Shown piece after piece: positions 28,695 through 37,640 of a stretch of 64,000 nt of DNA. Under the pieces are notes generated by a model, which saw only the letters and a program-made list of their open reading frames with translations, ran no database searches and was not told where the DNA came from. The stretch covers positions 32,001-96,000 of IMG/VR virus record IMGVR_UViG_3300042448_001253; one strand, written 5' to 3'. The position numbers and the translations under genes were made by a program. The first letter of the stretch is position 1. Each line of letters opens with the position of its first letter. The DNA comes from a virus.

Positions 28695-31600
28695 CTACTT
28701 AGCATTACGTTTTCTGGACCCAGCACTACCCTTAGGTTTTGGAGCAGGTTTGCTTGACGGACTAGGCGCTCCCTGCTTATACTGGCTGCTGCCCGGAGGT
28801 AGTGCTATACCTGAATTACTGTAGAGCTTTTTACCCTTATTCATTTCTTTGATAGCACCAAACCATGACTCGACAGATTCTCCCTTAGGAACAGTCTTCT
28901 CGGCAATTGACCAAAGGCTCTCGCCTTTGGTTGCTCTGTACTCACGCATTGCCGGTGCTGCTTTAGCAGCAGGCTTAGCAGCTGGCTTGTTGGTAGCGTC
29001 TAGTGCCTTCTTAGCATTGCCAGCAATCTTGTTTGGTCCAACCGGCTTGTATTTAGGGTCAGCAGATTTAGCAGCTGGCTTAGCTGCTGGCTTTGAAGGG
29101 GTAGCAGCTTTTTTAGCTTCACCGTATTCTTTAGCGTCAGCATTTTGCTTTCTAGACTTAGCAGCATCTGCCTTAGCAGTAGCAGCACTCTTAGCGGCTG
29201 TATCCTTACGCCCCTGAGCAACTCGGTCAGTAAAGTTTGGTTGCTTGGCAGGTGGCTTCACTCCAGGCTTGTAAGGAACAGTTGCACTGTTCGGAACATT
29301 TACACGCTCACCTGAATAGATAAGGCTAGGGTTGCCACTCTTTACGTTAGGGTTGGCCTTCATAATGTCTGCCCAGTGCTTAGCGATGCTTACACCTTCA
29401 GGCTTAGTTTTGTTAGCAATGCTCCAAAGGCTGTCGTCTTTCTTGACGATGTATCTACCCTTATCATCGTAATCAGATACAGGTGCCGCTTTAGCAGCTT
29501 CAGCTTTTCTTGCTTCGCCATATTCTTTAGCGTCATCAACAATTTTTCTAGCTGTGGCAGGGTCTACCTTAGGTGCAGGTTTAGCGGCTGGCTTGGCTCC
29601 AGGCTTAGGTAAGCCCTTCGCTGCATTACCAGCAACTTTGTTAGGACCAACTGGCTTGATTCCAGGCTTTGCTGCTGCAGGCTTTGCTGCGTCAGGCTTG
29701 ATTGAGCTTGATGGGTAAGGCATACCTTGCTTATACTGGCTGCTGCCCGGAGGTAATGATACACCCGAGTTGCTGTAAAGTTTTTTGCCAGCGTTTGCTT
29801 GCTTAATAGCATTGAACCAAGAGCCGACATCTTTACCTTTAGGAACTGTTTTTTCGGCGATGCTCCAAAGGCTGTCGCCTTTTGATGCTCTGTACTCCCT
29901 CATTGGACCTGTTGGCTTGGTTTCCTTGTTGGCCCCAGGAGAGTTGCGAGGGTCAGCGGGCCTGGCTGTAACAGGACGTGGAGTGGTTGTTCCCGGTGCG
30001 TTACGTGGGTCTGCTTTTTTAGGAGCCGGGGCTGCAGGCTTAGGTGCAGCAGGTTTGACTGAGCTCGATGGGTAAGGCTGTTGCTGTTTGTACTGGCTAC
30101 TGCCTGGAGGCAAAGCTACGCCAGAGTTGCTATATAGCTTCTTGCCTTCGTTCATCTTCTTGATAGCACCGAACCATGAGTTTAGGTTTTCGCCCTTAGG
30201 CAAAGTCTTTTCTGCGATAGACCAAAGGCTGTCGCCTTTTGATGCTCTGTACTCCCTCATTGGACCTGTTGGCTTGCTGTCTGCGTCTTTTTTTACTCCA
30301 GCACGACCAGCCATCATAGGAGCGTCCTTGACAGAAATCTGTCCGTTTTCTCCCGGAACAGCAATCTGCTTGCTAGCAGCACCAGCGTTGCGTGTAGTGT
30401 TTGGGTCTAGGGTTGCAGGAGTTGGTGCAACTTTTTGACCAGTCTGCTTAGCATAATCTTTAGCTTGCTGGTCGGTGATTGGTTTGAAAGCAGCACGCTG
30501 TGCCTCAACGAAACCGCCCCAGTTTTGTAGAACATCCTGCAGGGCTTTTTGGTCCATAGGTGGTTGAGTCCCTGGAAGTTGTGCAGTCGGCTGGTTGATT
30601 GGGCTACGAGGTTCGCCTAGAACTCCAGAAACATCTAGAGGCTCTGCTAGCTCTTCAGCACTAGGTGCGGTGACAGCAGGTGCAACATCTGGTCCTTTAA
30701 ATCTGTCTTCCTTTTGAGTCATCTTTGCAGGAACGTCAATGGTCTTACCGTTGTCTAGCTCGACTTTAGTTCCACCAGTTGCAGGGTTGAATCCCACAAC
30801 AATACCACGGCCATTCTCGCCGTCGTTTCCGACAACTACACGGCTACCCTTGGCAACAAACATACCGCCAGCATCACGGGTCTGGCTCTTAGCGTTGATT
30901 GAACGCTCTTTAGGGGAGTATGTGCCGTCTTCAGCAACAGTTCCTGTAGGACCTTTTTGCTGAGGAGGCATAGCAGCTGTAATACTTTTTAGGAACTCCC
31001 AGTCTTCCTGAGGAGCAGCATATTCAAACATCTCTGCTTCTTCAGGAGCAATGTCGTTGATTGAAACAATACCAAAAGGAGTCTCCTGAAGTAGAGCAGA
31101 CATAATCATGGCTGACTCTGGGTCAATGACTACGTGGTCTTTTTCGCAAGTGTCATAAGGGTCATCTAGGGCTTTGTCGTAAGTCCAGACATCACCATCA
31201 ACGTGGCCAATAGAATCCCAGCCCATGTCGTCCCAAACATAAACCTGTCCATCAGTGTCAAGTTTGTATAGGCGGTCCATACCAGAACCATCCAAGCGAA
31301 CACGAGCCATAAACTCCGGCACAACGCCTTCGTTCATTTCAAAAGCGTCTTTGAAAGCATCTACGTCAGTATCGTAGTCATTAGGGGTGCGATACATCTC
31401 AGGGTCGACTTCGTAGCCGTGAACAGTGTAGCCGCCAGCAGTGGTAGCCTTCTTGTTTTCACGCTCAACGATAGAGCTTGCCCAACGCTGTCCAGCGTCT
31501 CCGCCCCACAGCGACCATGCGATTCGCCCGTTGCTCGGGAAGCCATCTTCGCCAGGCTCGTAGCCTTTACCTTTTTTATCGACTTCGTGGCGTGGGAAGT

Positions 31601-31991
31601 ACTTTGCGATGTGGCGAAGTTTTTCAATGCCAATCTGACCACCACGAGCAAGAGTGCGAGCAGTGTTTAGACCTACAGGAGTTCCACCACGCTTTTCTTC
31701 TTTACGCCATTCCAAAGCTTTCTTTGCTTCGGAAACAACGCCAGCAGGGATGGTGTACATACGGCCAGAGGCAGTAATAACTTTGATGTCAAGAGTAGTT
31801 AGAGCACCTGAGGCAAGCTCTACAGTAGAGTTGCTGAACGTTTCGTTGGTAGACTGCCAGTCACGACTAGACAAGACTACATCGGCTTTGCCGAGACCAA
31901 CAACTAGGTTTAGGCTAGTGTCAATAATTACAGCGTCAGTTGCATTGCTGAATACAGCAAGGGAACCATCGCGACCAACGAAATCGGTCAT
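28695..31991 (-). CDS. Head-cluster protein with four LysM-like domains and Pro/Ala/Lys-rich linkers
   Basis: Three near-identical MREYRA(S/T)KG(D/E)SLWSIAEK…MN.GKKLYSNSG repeats plus YIVKKDDSLWSIA…NP..I..GE.V.VP. N-terminal phage-head-associated RGGTPVG…RIAWSLWGGDAG domain. Confidence 0.75.
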   Translation of the reverse strand: MTDFVGRDGSLAVFSNATDAVIIDTSLNLVVGLGKADVVLSSRDWQSTNETFSNSTVELASGALTTLDIKVITASGRMYTIPAGVVSEAKKALEWRKEEKRGGTPVGLNTARTLARGGQIGIEKLRHIAKYFPRHEVDKKGKGYEPGEDGFPSNGRIAWSLWGGDAGQRWASSIVERENKKATTAGGYTVHGYEVDPEMYRTPNDYDTDVDAFKDAFEMNEGVVPEFMARVRLDGSGMDRLYKLDTDGQVYVWDDMGWDSIGHVDGDVWTYDKALDDPYDTCEKDHVVIDPESAMIMSALLQETPFGIVSINDIAPEEAEMFEYAAPQEDWEFLKSITAAMPPQQKGPTGTVAEDGTYSPKERSINAKSQTRDAGGMFVAKGSRVVVGNDGENGRGIVVGFNPATGGTKVELDNGKTIDVPAKMTQKEDRFKGPDVAPAVTAPSAEELAEPLDVSGVLGEPRSPINQPTAQLPGTQPPMDQKALQDVLQNWGGFVEAQRAAFKPITDQQAKDYAKQTGQKVAPTPATLDPNTTRNAGAASKQIAVPGENGQISVKDAPMMAGRAGVKKDADSKPTGPMREYRASKGDSLWSIAEKTLPKGENLNSWFGAIKKMNEGKKLYSNSGVALPPGSSQYKQQQPYPSSSVKPAAPKPAAPAPKKADPRNAPGTTTPRPVTARPADPRNSPGANKETKPTGPMREYRASKGDSLWSIAEKTVPKGKDVGSWFNAIKQANAGKKLYSNSGVSLPPGSSQYKQGMPYPSSSIKPDAAKPAAAKPGIKPVGPNKVAGNAAKGLPKPGAKPAAKPAPKVDPATARKIVDDAKEYGEARKAEAAKAAPVSDYDDKGRYIVKKDDSLWSIANKTKPEGVSIAKHWADIMKANPNVKSGNPSLIYSGERVNVPNSATVPYKPGVKPPAKQPNFTDRVAQGRKDTAAKSAATAKADAAKSRKQNADAKEYGEAKKAATPSKPAAKPAAKSADPKYKPVGPNKIAGNAKKALDATNKPAAKPAAKAAPAMREYRATKGESLWSIAEKTVPKGESVESWFGAIKEMNKGKKLYSNSGIALPPGSSQYKQGAPSPSSKPAPKPKGSAGSRKRNAK

Positions 31992-31996
31992 TTTTC

Positions 31997-32356
31997 CTAC
32001 TCTTCTTCGGTTGAATTGATACCTTCGCCAGCTTTGTATGCTAGGTCAAACCATGTGTCTAGGTTGTCTCTGTTTAGTTCGCCTTTATCGAATAGATAGA
32101 CGGCTTCGTGCTCGTCATCGTAGTCGTCCGGAACGTCCTCAGGCTCATTGCCAGATGACTTATCCCAATTAAGAACGTAGCAGTCGCGTCCCTCAGTTAG
32201 GCTGTCGATAGTTTTTTGGTCAAAGACGGCTTCCCAGTCGTTGTCTTCCCTAATAGTCACTCCGATGAAAGTTACAAAAAACATTGCATCGATGCTACCG
32301 CTGTCTGGGTCTACATAGACATATAAATCAGAAGACCAGTTTGGTACGTTTGCCAT
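31997..32356 (-). CDS. Hypothetical acidic protein
   Basis: 119 aa with RBS AAGGA, in the operon. Confidence 0.65.
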   Translation of the reverse strand: MANVPNWSSDLYVYVDPDSGSIDAMFFVTFIGVTIREDNDWEAVFDQKTIDSLTEGRDCYVLNWDKSSGNEPEDVPDDYDDEHEAVYLFDKGELNRDNLDTWFDLAYKAGEGINSTEEE

Positions 32357-32444
32357 ATATTTTCCTTATTGTTAGGTCGGGTAGCATTTCTAGCCCAACA
32401 TGAGGAGCCTGCAATAATTTTACCTTATTCTGAGGTAAGTGTGT

Positions 32445-32678
32445 TTACTGCTCGGGCTCAGTTTGTATTTCTTTCAGTATTTCCTCGAAACGGGCATTTT
32501 CTTCCGCATCAATCTTGCGAAGCCTGCCCATCCATTCGGTCATAGCATAGGGATACTGCATAACAAACTCGACTAGCGACTTATTATCCATCTCAGAGAA
32601 CTTCAAAAATTGAGTTTTCGGGCCGTCATCTGTGTCGATGTACAGCACTATGCCGTCTGGTCTGCTGATATCATCCAT
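32445..32678 (-). CDS. Hypothetical protein
   Basis: 77 aa, same strand as the operon, RBS-like AGGA. Confidence 0.55.
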   Translation of the reverse strand: MDDISRPDGIVLYIDTDDGPKTQFLKFSEMDNKSLVEFVMQYPYAMTEWMGRLRKIDAEENARFEEILKEIQTEPEQ

Positions 32679-32717
32679 GTATAAATCCTATCACTAATTT
32701 CAGTAGTTTGCTATAGA

Positions 32718-35700
32718 CTAGTCGTCCGAGTCGAAATCAAAGTCCGAAAGGTCTATGTCCAAAGCTTCGTTTTTGGTAGGGCTTGAAGACGGAATTTCAT
32801 CGGCATCAGGAGCTGGCTTTGCAGGGTCCCAACCCCACTCTTGGATAGAATCTGCACTTGTGAATAGGTCAGAAGCTTTTACCTTTTTGGATAAGACTTT
32901 TCCACCAGGGACGTTGCTGTCAATGTGAGTTTGAGCATATTTACTAGACAGTGATACCCAGTCGCCAGGCTGGATATCGTCTACGTCGCTCGGAGCTCCT
33001 CTGTAGATGGTTACTTCAGCGTCAGGGTTCCCCTTGATTGAGTTGATAACATCAAACGCTTCTTTATCAGCATCTGGATATCCGCTACTGTAGTTTCTTT
33101 GTTTTGCTGGGTCAAGGATGTCTTTAGGGAATACTTCATCAATCTTGTCTAGTGAAGCGGCTGCACCTTCTTCTTGTGCGTCCTCTCTGCTAGCTGGGCG
33201 ATGGGACATGCGGTAGTTGTCCATAACATCGTCTAAGTCTGATTTTTCAGGAGTTTCTTCTGCATCTGGAGTTGGTTTGGCTTCTTTGTTAGAGGATAGG
33301 GATTCTATATTCGACGCTGGTCTAACATCCTCTATTAATTCAGCATCAATATAGTACTTATAATTATCGTTTACATAGGTAGCAAAGCCCGGCTTTAAGT
33401 TGCTTCCGAAGGGGACTCTACGAATAGCTTTAATTTTTAACCTAGCACCGGAAGGCAGTATAGTTTCTGCCTCTGCCTCATCAAACCAGTATTCATCAAG
33501 ACCACGGGGAACTTCAAATGCAGTAGAGCCCTTAGGTATAGATATTGACCAAAAAGACCCACCAAATTGTCCGGAGTCGCTATTAAACGAGGTTTCGCTA
33601 TATGTATCGTCCGAGTATCTGTAAAAACTACTTCCGGCGAAATTTTTTGCCGCTATCTCCGGTTCTGAACTAGTAGATGTGTAAGAAACATTAGAAACTA
33701 CGCTACCAGGTTCTAAGTTTTCCAACATCTCGTAGTACTTAAGTTTTTTCTCGGTATTCTCCGGAGGGGTCATTCCTCTATATACAACCCCATCCTTAGC
33801 GTATTTATGTTTTTTAAGAACTTCATTTAATTTACTAATCTCGTTATCTAAAAATTCAGATTTAGGCTCCATGTTATTTATTAGATATTCATTAATCTTT
33901 TTATAGCCCTCGCCGGTATAATATTTTATAGCTGCTTTTTCTTCAGGAGTAAACTCTTTTAAATCGACGTCCGGAGCACTTCTAGGGAGCTTATAGGTAT
34001 CAAAAATAAATTTAGATAAGGACTTATCAAAAATATCGGACTTGCCTTTAATTCCAATACCGTCTACGATTTCCCAGTTGCCGGCATTAATTTCTTGTAA
34101 AGCTTTAGCTGCCTCTCCTCTAGTAGAAGCACTACTAATTGCATCCTTAGCCTTCTGAGATATCCACGGAATTTTAGACTCAGACATTCTTTGAAGTGCT
34201 TTTTGTTGGTTTTCAGTTATAGGATTGTTAGGGTCAACAGCAGCCTTGAACTCAGCCATGCGTTCTTCATAACGCTTTTGCATTGCAGGGAAATCTAGAA
34301 GACTTAGGTCTTGATTATCCTCGTTTGCAGCACGGTCAATAATCTTTGAGACAAGGTTGTAGGAGTCTTCTGCGTCGCCATCAGCTGAGTGCCAGTTAGC
34401 AGGTTCGAAACCTAGGAAGTTAGCAACAGGACCGAGGCTAGATGTAGCCTTGATTTCTCCAGTCTTGCGGTCAGGAGCTTTTGGACCGTCGATGCCCTTC
34501 TCTGCGTCATACTTAGGGAGAAGTGAGGCAAGGTCTTTAGAGTCAATGGTTCCAGCAATATCTAGGTCTATGCCTGACTTGTCGGCCATACGCTTTAGAA
34601 TCTCAATGTCAAATGGAACGTTCTGACCACCTAGAAGAGCGTTAGGTCCGATAAACTCGATGAAGTCTTTTAGAGCCTGCTCTTGGCTACTTTGCCTTGA
34701 TAGCCATTCGGAATCTACAAGCTCCTGCTTAAATTCATCATAGTCATCTAAAATTCTGTTACCTTCGGAATCTAAAACATCACGTTTTAAATTATTAGAC
34801 GACCATTCAGAAAGCCTGCTCTCTGGGTTGATGTAGACATTAAAACGCTTTACAATTTTGCCGTCTTTAACTTGAACTGCACCAAGCTGAACTGGGTCGT
34901 TAGTGATATCTTGACCGTCGTAATCAGCAATACCAGTTGTCTCAAAGTCGAAGTAAGTTACTGTCTGACCCTTTAGGCGTTCTTGAACTTCTTTCCAATT
35001 CTTAGCACCCTTCATAATGTCTTGGAACTTACCGGTAAAGGCACCTGGAGTAGGTAGGCGAGTACCGCTAGCGTCCATAGTTGCTGACTGGAAGTCAATG
35101 CCTAGGTTGTCTAGAGAGCTAGGTATAGTTTGAGCTTCGGCGTCGGGGGCTGGCTTAGATTGCTCTGTTTGAGGAGCGTCGTCTAGGACAACTTCGGCCT
35201 CAACGTAAATCACATCAGATTTCTCTATGCTATTAATTCTTAGTTTAGAGCCTCTAGGAAGAAGAAACTCTGCCTCATCAAAAGTACTAGGAGTGTACTT
35301 ATAAACTCTAATCATTTTAGCCCCAGCAGGCACCGTAATAGTTAGATAGGCCGGTCTGCCTTCTTTAGTAGCAACCGCAAAATTATTTGCTGTAGTCAAC
35401 GAACTAGTAGTAGACATATAGCCAGTCTCTTCATAAATATCGCCTGGGGATAGCCTTGAAAAAATAGATGCTGCCTTACCGCTTATACCTCTGTTTAAGA
35501 ATTTAGGAACAGTTGTAGGCTCTTGTTTTTCAAAAGCTGAATCAATATTTGCAATGTCGGATTTAGCTTTTTTAATTCCAGGTACGCTTACATCAGGTTT
35601 ACGTAAAACCTCATTTATACTAATGTACCCTTTGCCCTTATATGAAAGCAAAGCTTCTTTTTCTTCGTCTGTTAGCTTATTTTCTGGCTTATCAAAAAGC

Positions 35701-37583
35701 TCGTCGGTGCCGTTCATAACAGCAGGAGTAGCCTCAACTTCGGTTAGTCCGTTTTCTTTGAGATAGTTCTCTATATAGTCTAAACCACGTAAAGCATTTC
35801 TTGTATCTTCTAAATACCCTAAAAGCTCTGCCTGAGCCTTCGGAGATTGCTCGAGCTCGTCCTGTAAATCTCTTTCAATGCTTGAGATATTGTCTTCTTT
35901 AATTTTACGTAAGCGAGCAATTCTTTCAAAGGTATAGGTAGATGGTTCATCAACAAAACCAATAGTACCTAGACCCTCATACCAAGACTTCTTCTTCTTC
36001 TTTTCGGGAATGGCGTCAGCATCGGGGGTCGGCTTGAGCCCCTCTGCCTGAGGAGCATCCGGAGATGACTGAGCGGCTGATTGCTTAGAGACGGACTGGA
36101 CTAATCCGCTATTAGAGAGAATGTTTTTAATGCGGTCAGATGCTTCGCCTGTGGACACAAACCTAGCGACGGACTCTGCAAAATTCTCGTTGTAGTTGGA
36201 ATCTCCGTATTCTCCTTTTACCCCGTTGATTTCGTTTCTATAGCTCTTTGACGAGTTGCTATTTATATGGTCATTCATATTTTGAACTGCATACATGACT
36301 TGATGGCCGAGCTCATGCTTAAGTGTTTCGGCTAGTTTGTCTAAGGAATTGTTAATACTTCTCCAGTATCTTCCAAGATTCCATATCCGATACTCTTTGT
36401 CATCAAATTTTCTAATATTAGCAAGATTTAGGTAAAGTCTTCCGTCAACAGAAGTCATACCATTATTTTTATCTATGACCTCCGTAATATCATCAGTACC
36501 AATTTTTTTCTTGTCCGCTTTTGATATAGGTTGGTGGTTTCCAATAATTATTTTAAGACCACCGGTTCTGTTATATGTACCTAATAAACTGTCAGTCCTC
36601 ACCCCTTGCAAATTAGATAGGTTTATAACATCATTGAAGCTATTAAAGGCATTTAGAACAGTTCGCACTTCTTCGGGGGTAGCAATCAAGGATGTATCCT
36701 TTGAGTCCAGCTCAAACATTAAATCGTGTTTATTTAGAGCAGGGTCTGAGTGCTTTACAATAAAGTGTCTTGGTCTGGAGTCTAGAGCATATGCTTTGTA
36801 AGCCGCTCTTCTCTCCATACGGCCAGGAATTTTAGATATCTCATCTAAAGCATTCTCGTAGTCATCAAGAACAGGCTCCCATCCCTCAGGTAGGTCTAGT
36901 TCCGAGGCAAGTTTTCTAACAGCTGCTTGGTGCTGCCTCATCCTGGCTGGTGTGCGGAAGAAATCTTCCCCTATATTGCCTAATCCGAATTTTTTATCTA
37001 TTGCTTTTCGGTAACTTCGCACGAGCGAGGCACTTAATGCAATGCCAATCTCCGGGTCGCTTCGCCCTAGAAATTGTACGTCAACCGGAACAATCTTGGA
37101 GTTTACTTTTGCAATTTCAGCTTTAGAAAGTAGCGGCTCATTTTTTAGTCTATTTTTGAAATAATCTGTTAAGAAACTTGCATATTTTTTAGCAAGGAAT
37201 TCGTGGAAGTTTAGCTGGTTTTTCAGCGCATCCATGTATCGTTCTTTAGCTGATGCTATTGCAAGAGGGTTTTCAGGGTCAGCTTCTAACGCATCAATTA
37301 ATTTTTCTCTAGCAAGTAGTGATGCTAACTCTAGGTTAGAAACATGAACAGCTTCAAAGTCAGTAATAGTTGCTAAAAGCTGGTCATCGATGTCTGAGCT
37401 AAGTTGCTTAGCCCCAACTCTCTCATTGTCATCTTTAGATGCTTCAGAGAGCGTATTATCTAACTCTTGACCAGGGTCTAGGGTAGGCGGAGCACCAGTT
37501 ACGTCGTCTTCATCCGATTCGTCGTCAAAATCTACCCAAGACAGGTCGATATCTAACGGCTCATTTTTAAGAGAGTTCGGCAA
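32718..37583 (-). CDS. Multi-effector protein: zincin metallopeptidase, two VIP2/Alt-type ADP-ribosyltransferase domains, DEDDh 3'-5' exonuclease and a further ART-like domain; probably the C-terminal half of a frameshift fusion
   Basis: Zincin: HELGH…ENFAE. ART1: NRGI…YMSTTS…DEAEFLL. Nuclease: DFETTG…VPFD…HSADGD. ART2: YRGM…YTSTSS…EAEAETIL. C-terminal domain: IYRGAP…GDWVSL…EWGWD. The TTG start lacks a clear RBS and the frame stays open upstream. Confidence 0.85.
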   Translation of the reverse strand: MPNSLKNEPLDIDLSWVDFDDESDEDDVTGAPPTLDPGQELDNTLSEASKDDNERVGAKQLSSDIDDQLLATITDFEAVHVSNLELASLLAREKLIDALEADPENPLAIASAKERYMDALKNQLNFHEFLAKKYASFLTDYFKNRLKNEPLLSKAEIAKVNSKIVPVDVQFLGRSDPEIGIALSASLVRSYRKAIDKKFGLGNIGEDFFRTPARMRQHQAAVRKLASELDLPEGWEPVLDDYENALDEISKIPGRMERRAAYKAYALDSRPRHFIVKHSDPALNKHDLMFELDSKDTSLIATPEEVRTVLNAFNSFNDVINLSNLQGVRTDSLLGTYNRTGGLKIIIGNHQPISKADKKKIGTDDITEVIDKNNGMTSVDGRLYLNLANIRKFDDKEYRIWNLGRYWRSINNSLDKLAETLKHELGHQVMYAVQNMNDHINSNSSKSYRNEINGVKGEYGDSNYNENFAESVARFVSTGEASDRIKNILSNSGLVQSVSKQSAAQSSPDAPQAEGLKPTPDADAIPEKKKKKSWYEGLGTIGFVDEPSTYTFERIARLRKIKEDNISSIERDLQDELEQSPKAQAELLGYLEDTRNALRGLDYIENYLKENGLTEVEATPAVMNGTDELFDKPENKLTDEEKEALLSYKGKGYISINEVLRKPDVSVPGIKKAKSDIANIDSAFEKQEPTTVPKFLNRGISGKAASIFSRLSPGDIYEETGYMSTTSSLTTANNFAVATKEGRPAYLTITVPAGAKMIRVYKYTPSTFDEAEFLLPRGSKLRINSIEKSDVIYVEAEVVLDDAPQTEQSKPAPDAEAQTIPSSLDNLGIDFQSATMDASGTRLPTPGAFTGKFQDIMKGAKNWKEVQERLKGQTVTYFDFETTGIADYDGQDITNDPVQLGAVQVKDGKIVKRFNVYINPESRLSEWSSNNLKRDVLDSEGNRILDDYDEFKQELVDSEWLSRQSSQEQALKDFIEFIGPNALLGGQNVPFDIEILKRMADKSGIDLDIAGTIDSKDLASLLPKYDAEKGIDGPKAPDRKTGEIKATSSLGPVANFLGFEPANWHSADGDAEDSYNLVSKIIDRAANEDNQDLSLLDFPAMQKRYEERMAEFKAAVDPNNPITENQQKALQRMSESKIPWISQKAKDAISSASTRGEAAKALQEINAGNWEIVDGIGIKGKSDIFDKSLSKFIFDTYKLPRSAPDVDLKEFTPEEKAAIKYYTGEGYKKINEYLINNMEPKSEFLDNEISKLNEVLKKHKYAKDGVVYRGMTPPENTEKKLKYYEMLENLEPGSVVSNVSYTSTSSEPEIAAKNFAGSSFYRYSDDTYSETSFNSDSGQFGGSFWSISIPKGSTAFEVPRGLDEYWFDEAEAETILPSGARLKIKAIRRVPFGSNLKPGFATYVNDNYKYYIDAELIEDVRPASNIESLSSNKEAKPTPDAEETPEKSDLDDVMDNYRMSHRPASREDAQEEGAAASLDKIDEVFPKDILDPAKQRNYSSGYPDADKEAFDVINSIKGNPDAEVTIYRGAPSDVDDIQPGDWVSLSSKYAQTHIDSNVPGGKVLSKKVKASDLFTSADSIQEWGWDPAKPAPDADEIPSSSPTKNEALDIDLSDFDFDSDD

Positions 37584-37599
37584 CTCATCCGCGTCAGGT

Positions 37600-37640
37600 G
37601 CAGGTTTCCCGGACGGGGAGTTACCTGCTACGCTTTTGGG
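37600..37640 (-). promoter_or_regulatory. Predicted programmed -1 frameshift signal joining ORF 37628-41986 to ORF 32718-37583
   Basis: Slippery C CCA AAA (37640-37634), 5-nt spacer, hairpin GCAGGT-AAC-TCCC-CGTCC-GGGA-A-ACCTGC (37628-37600). The -1 frame is open into the downstream ORF. Confidence 0.75.

Noticed and set aside
28790-30270. Diversity-generating retroelement template/variable repeat pair
   Set aside because: Differences among the LysM repeats are not adenine-specific, and no reverse transcriptase is present in the window.
34350-34970. Stand-alone DNA polymerase III epsilon (dnaQ) gene
   Set aside because: The DEDDh domain is embedded between ART domains in a head-cluster protein, not in a replication context.
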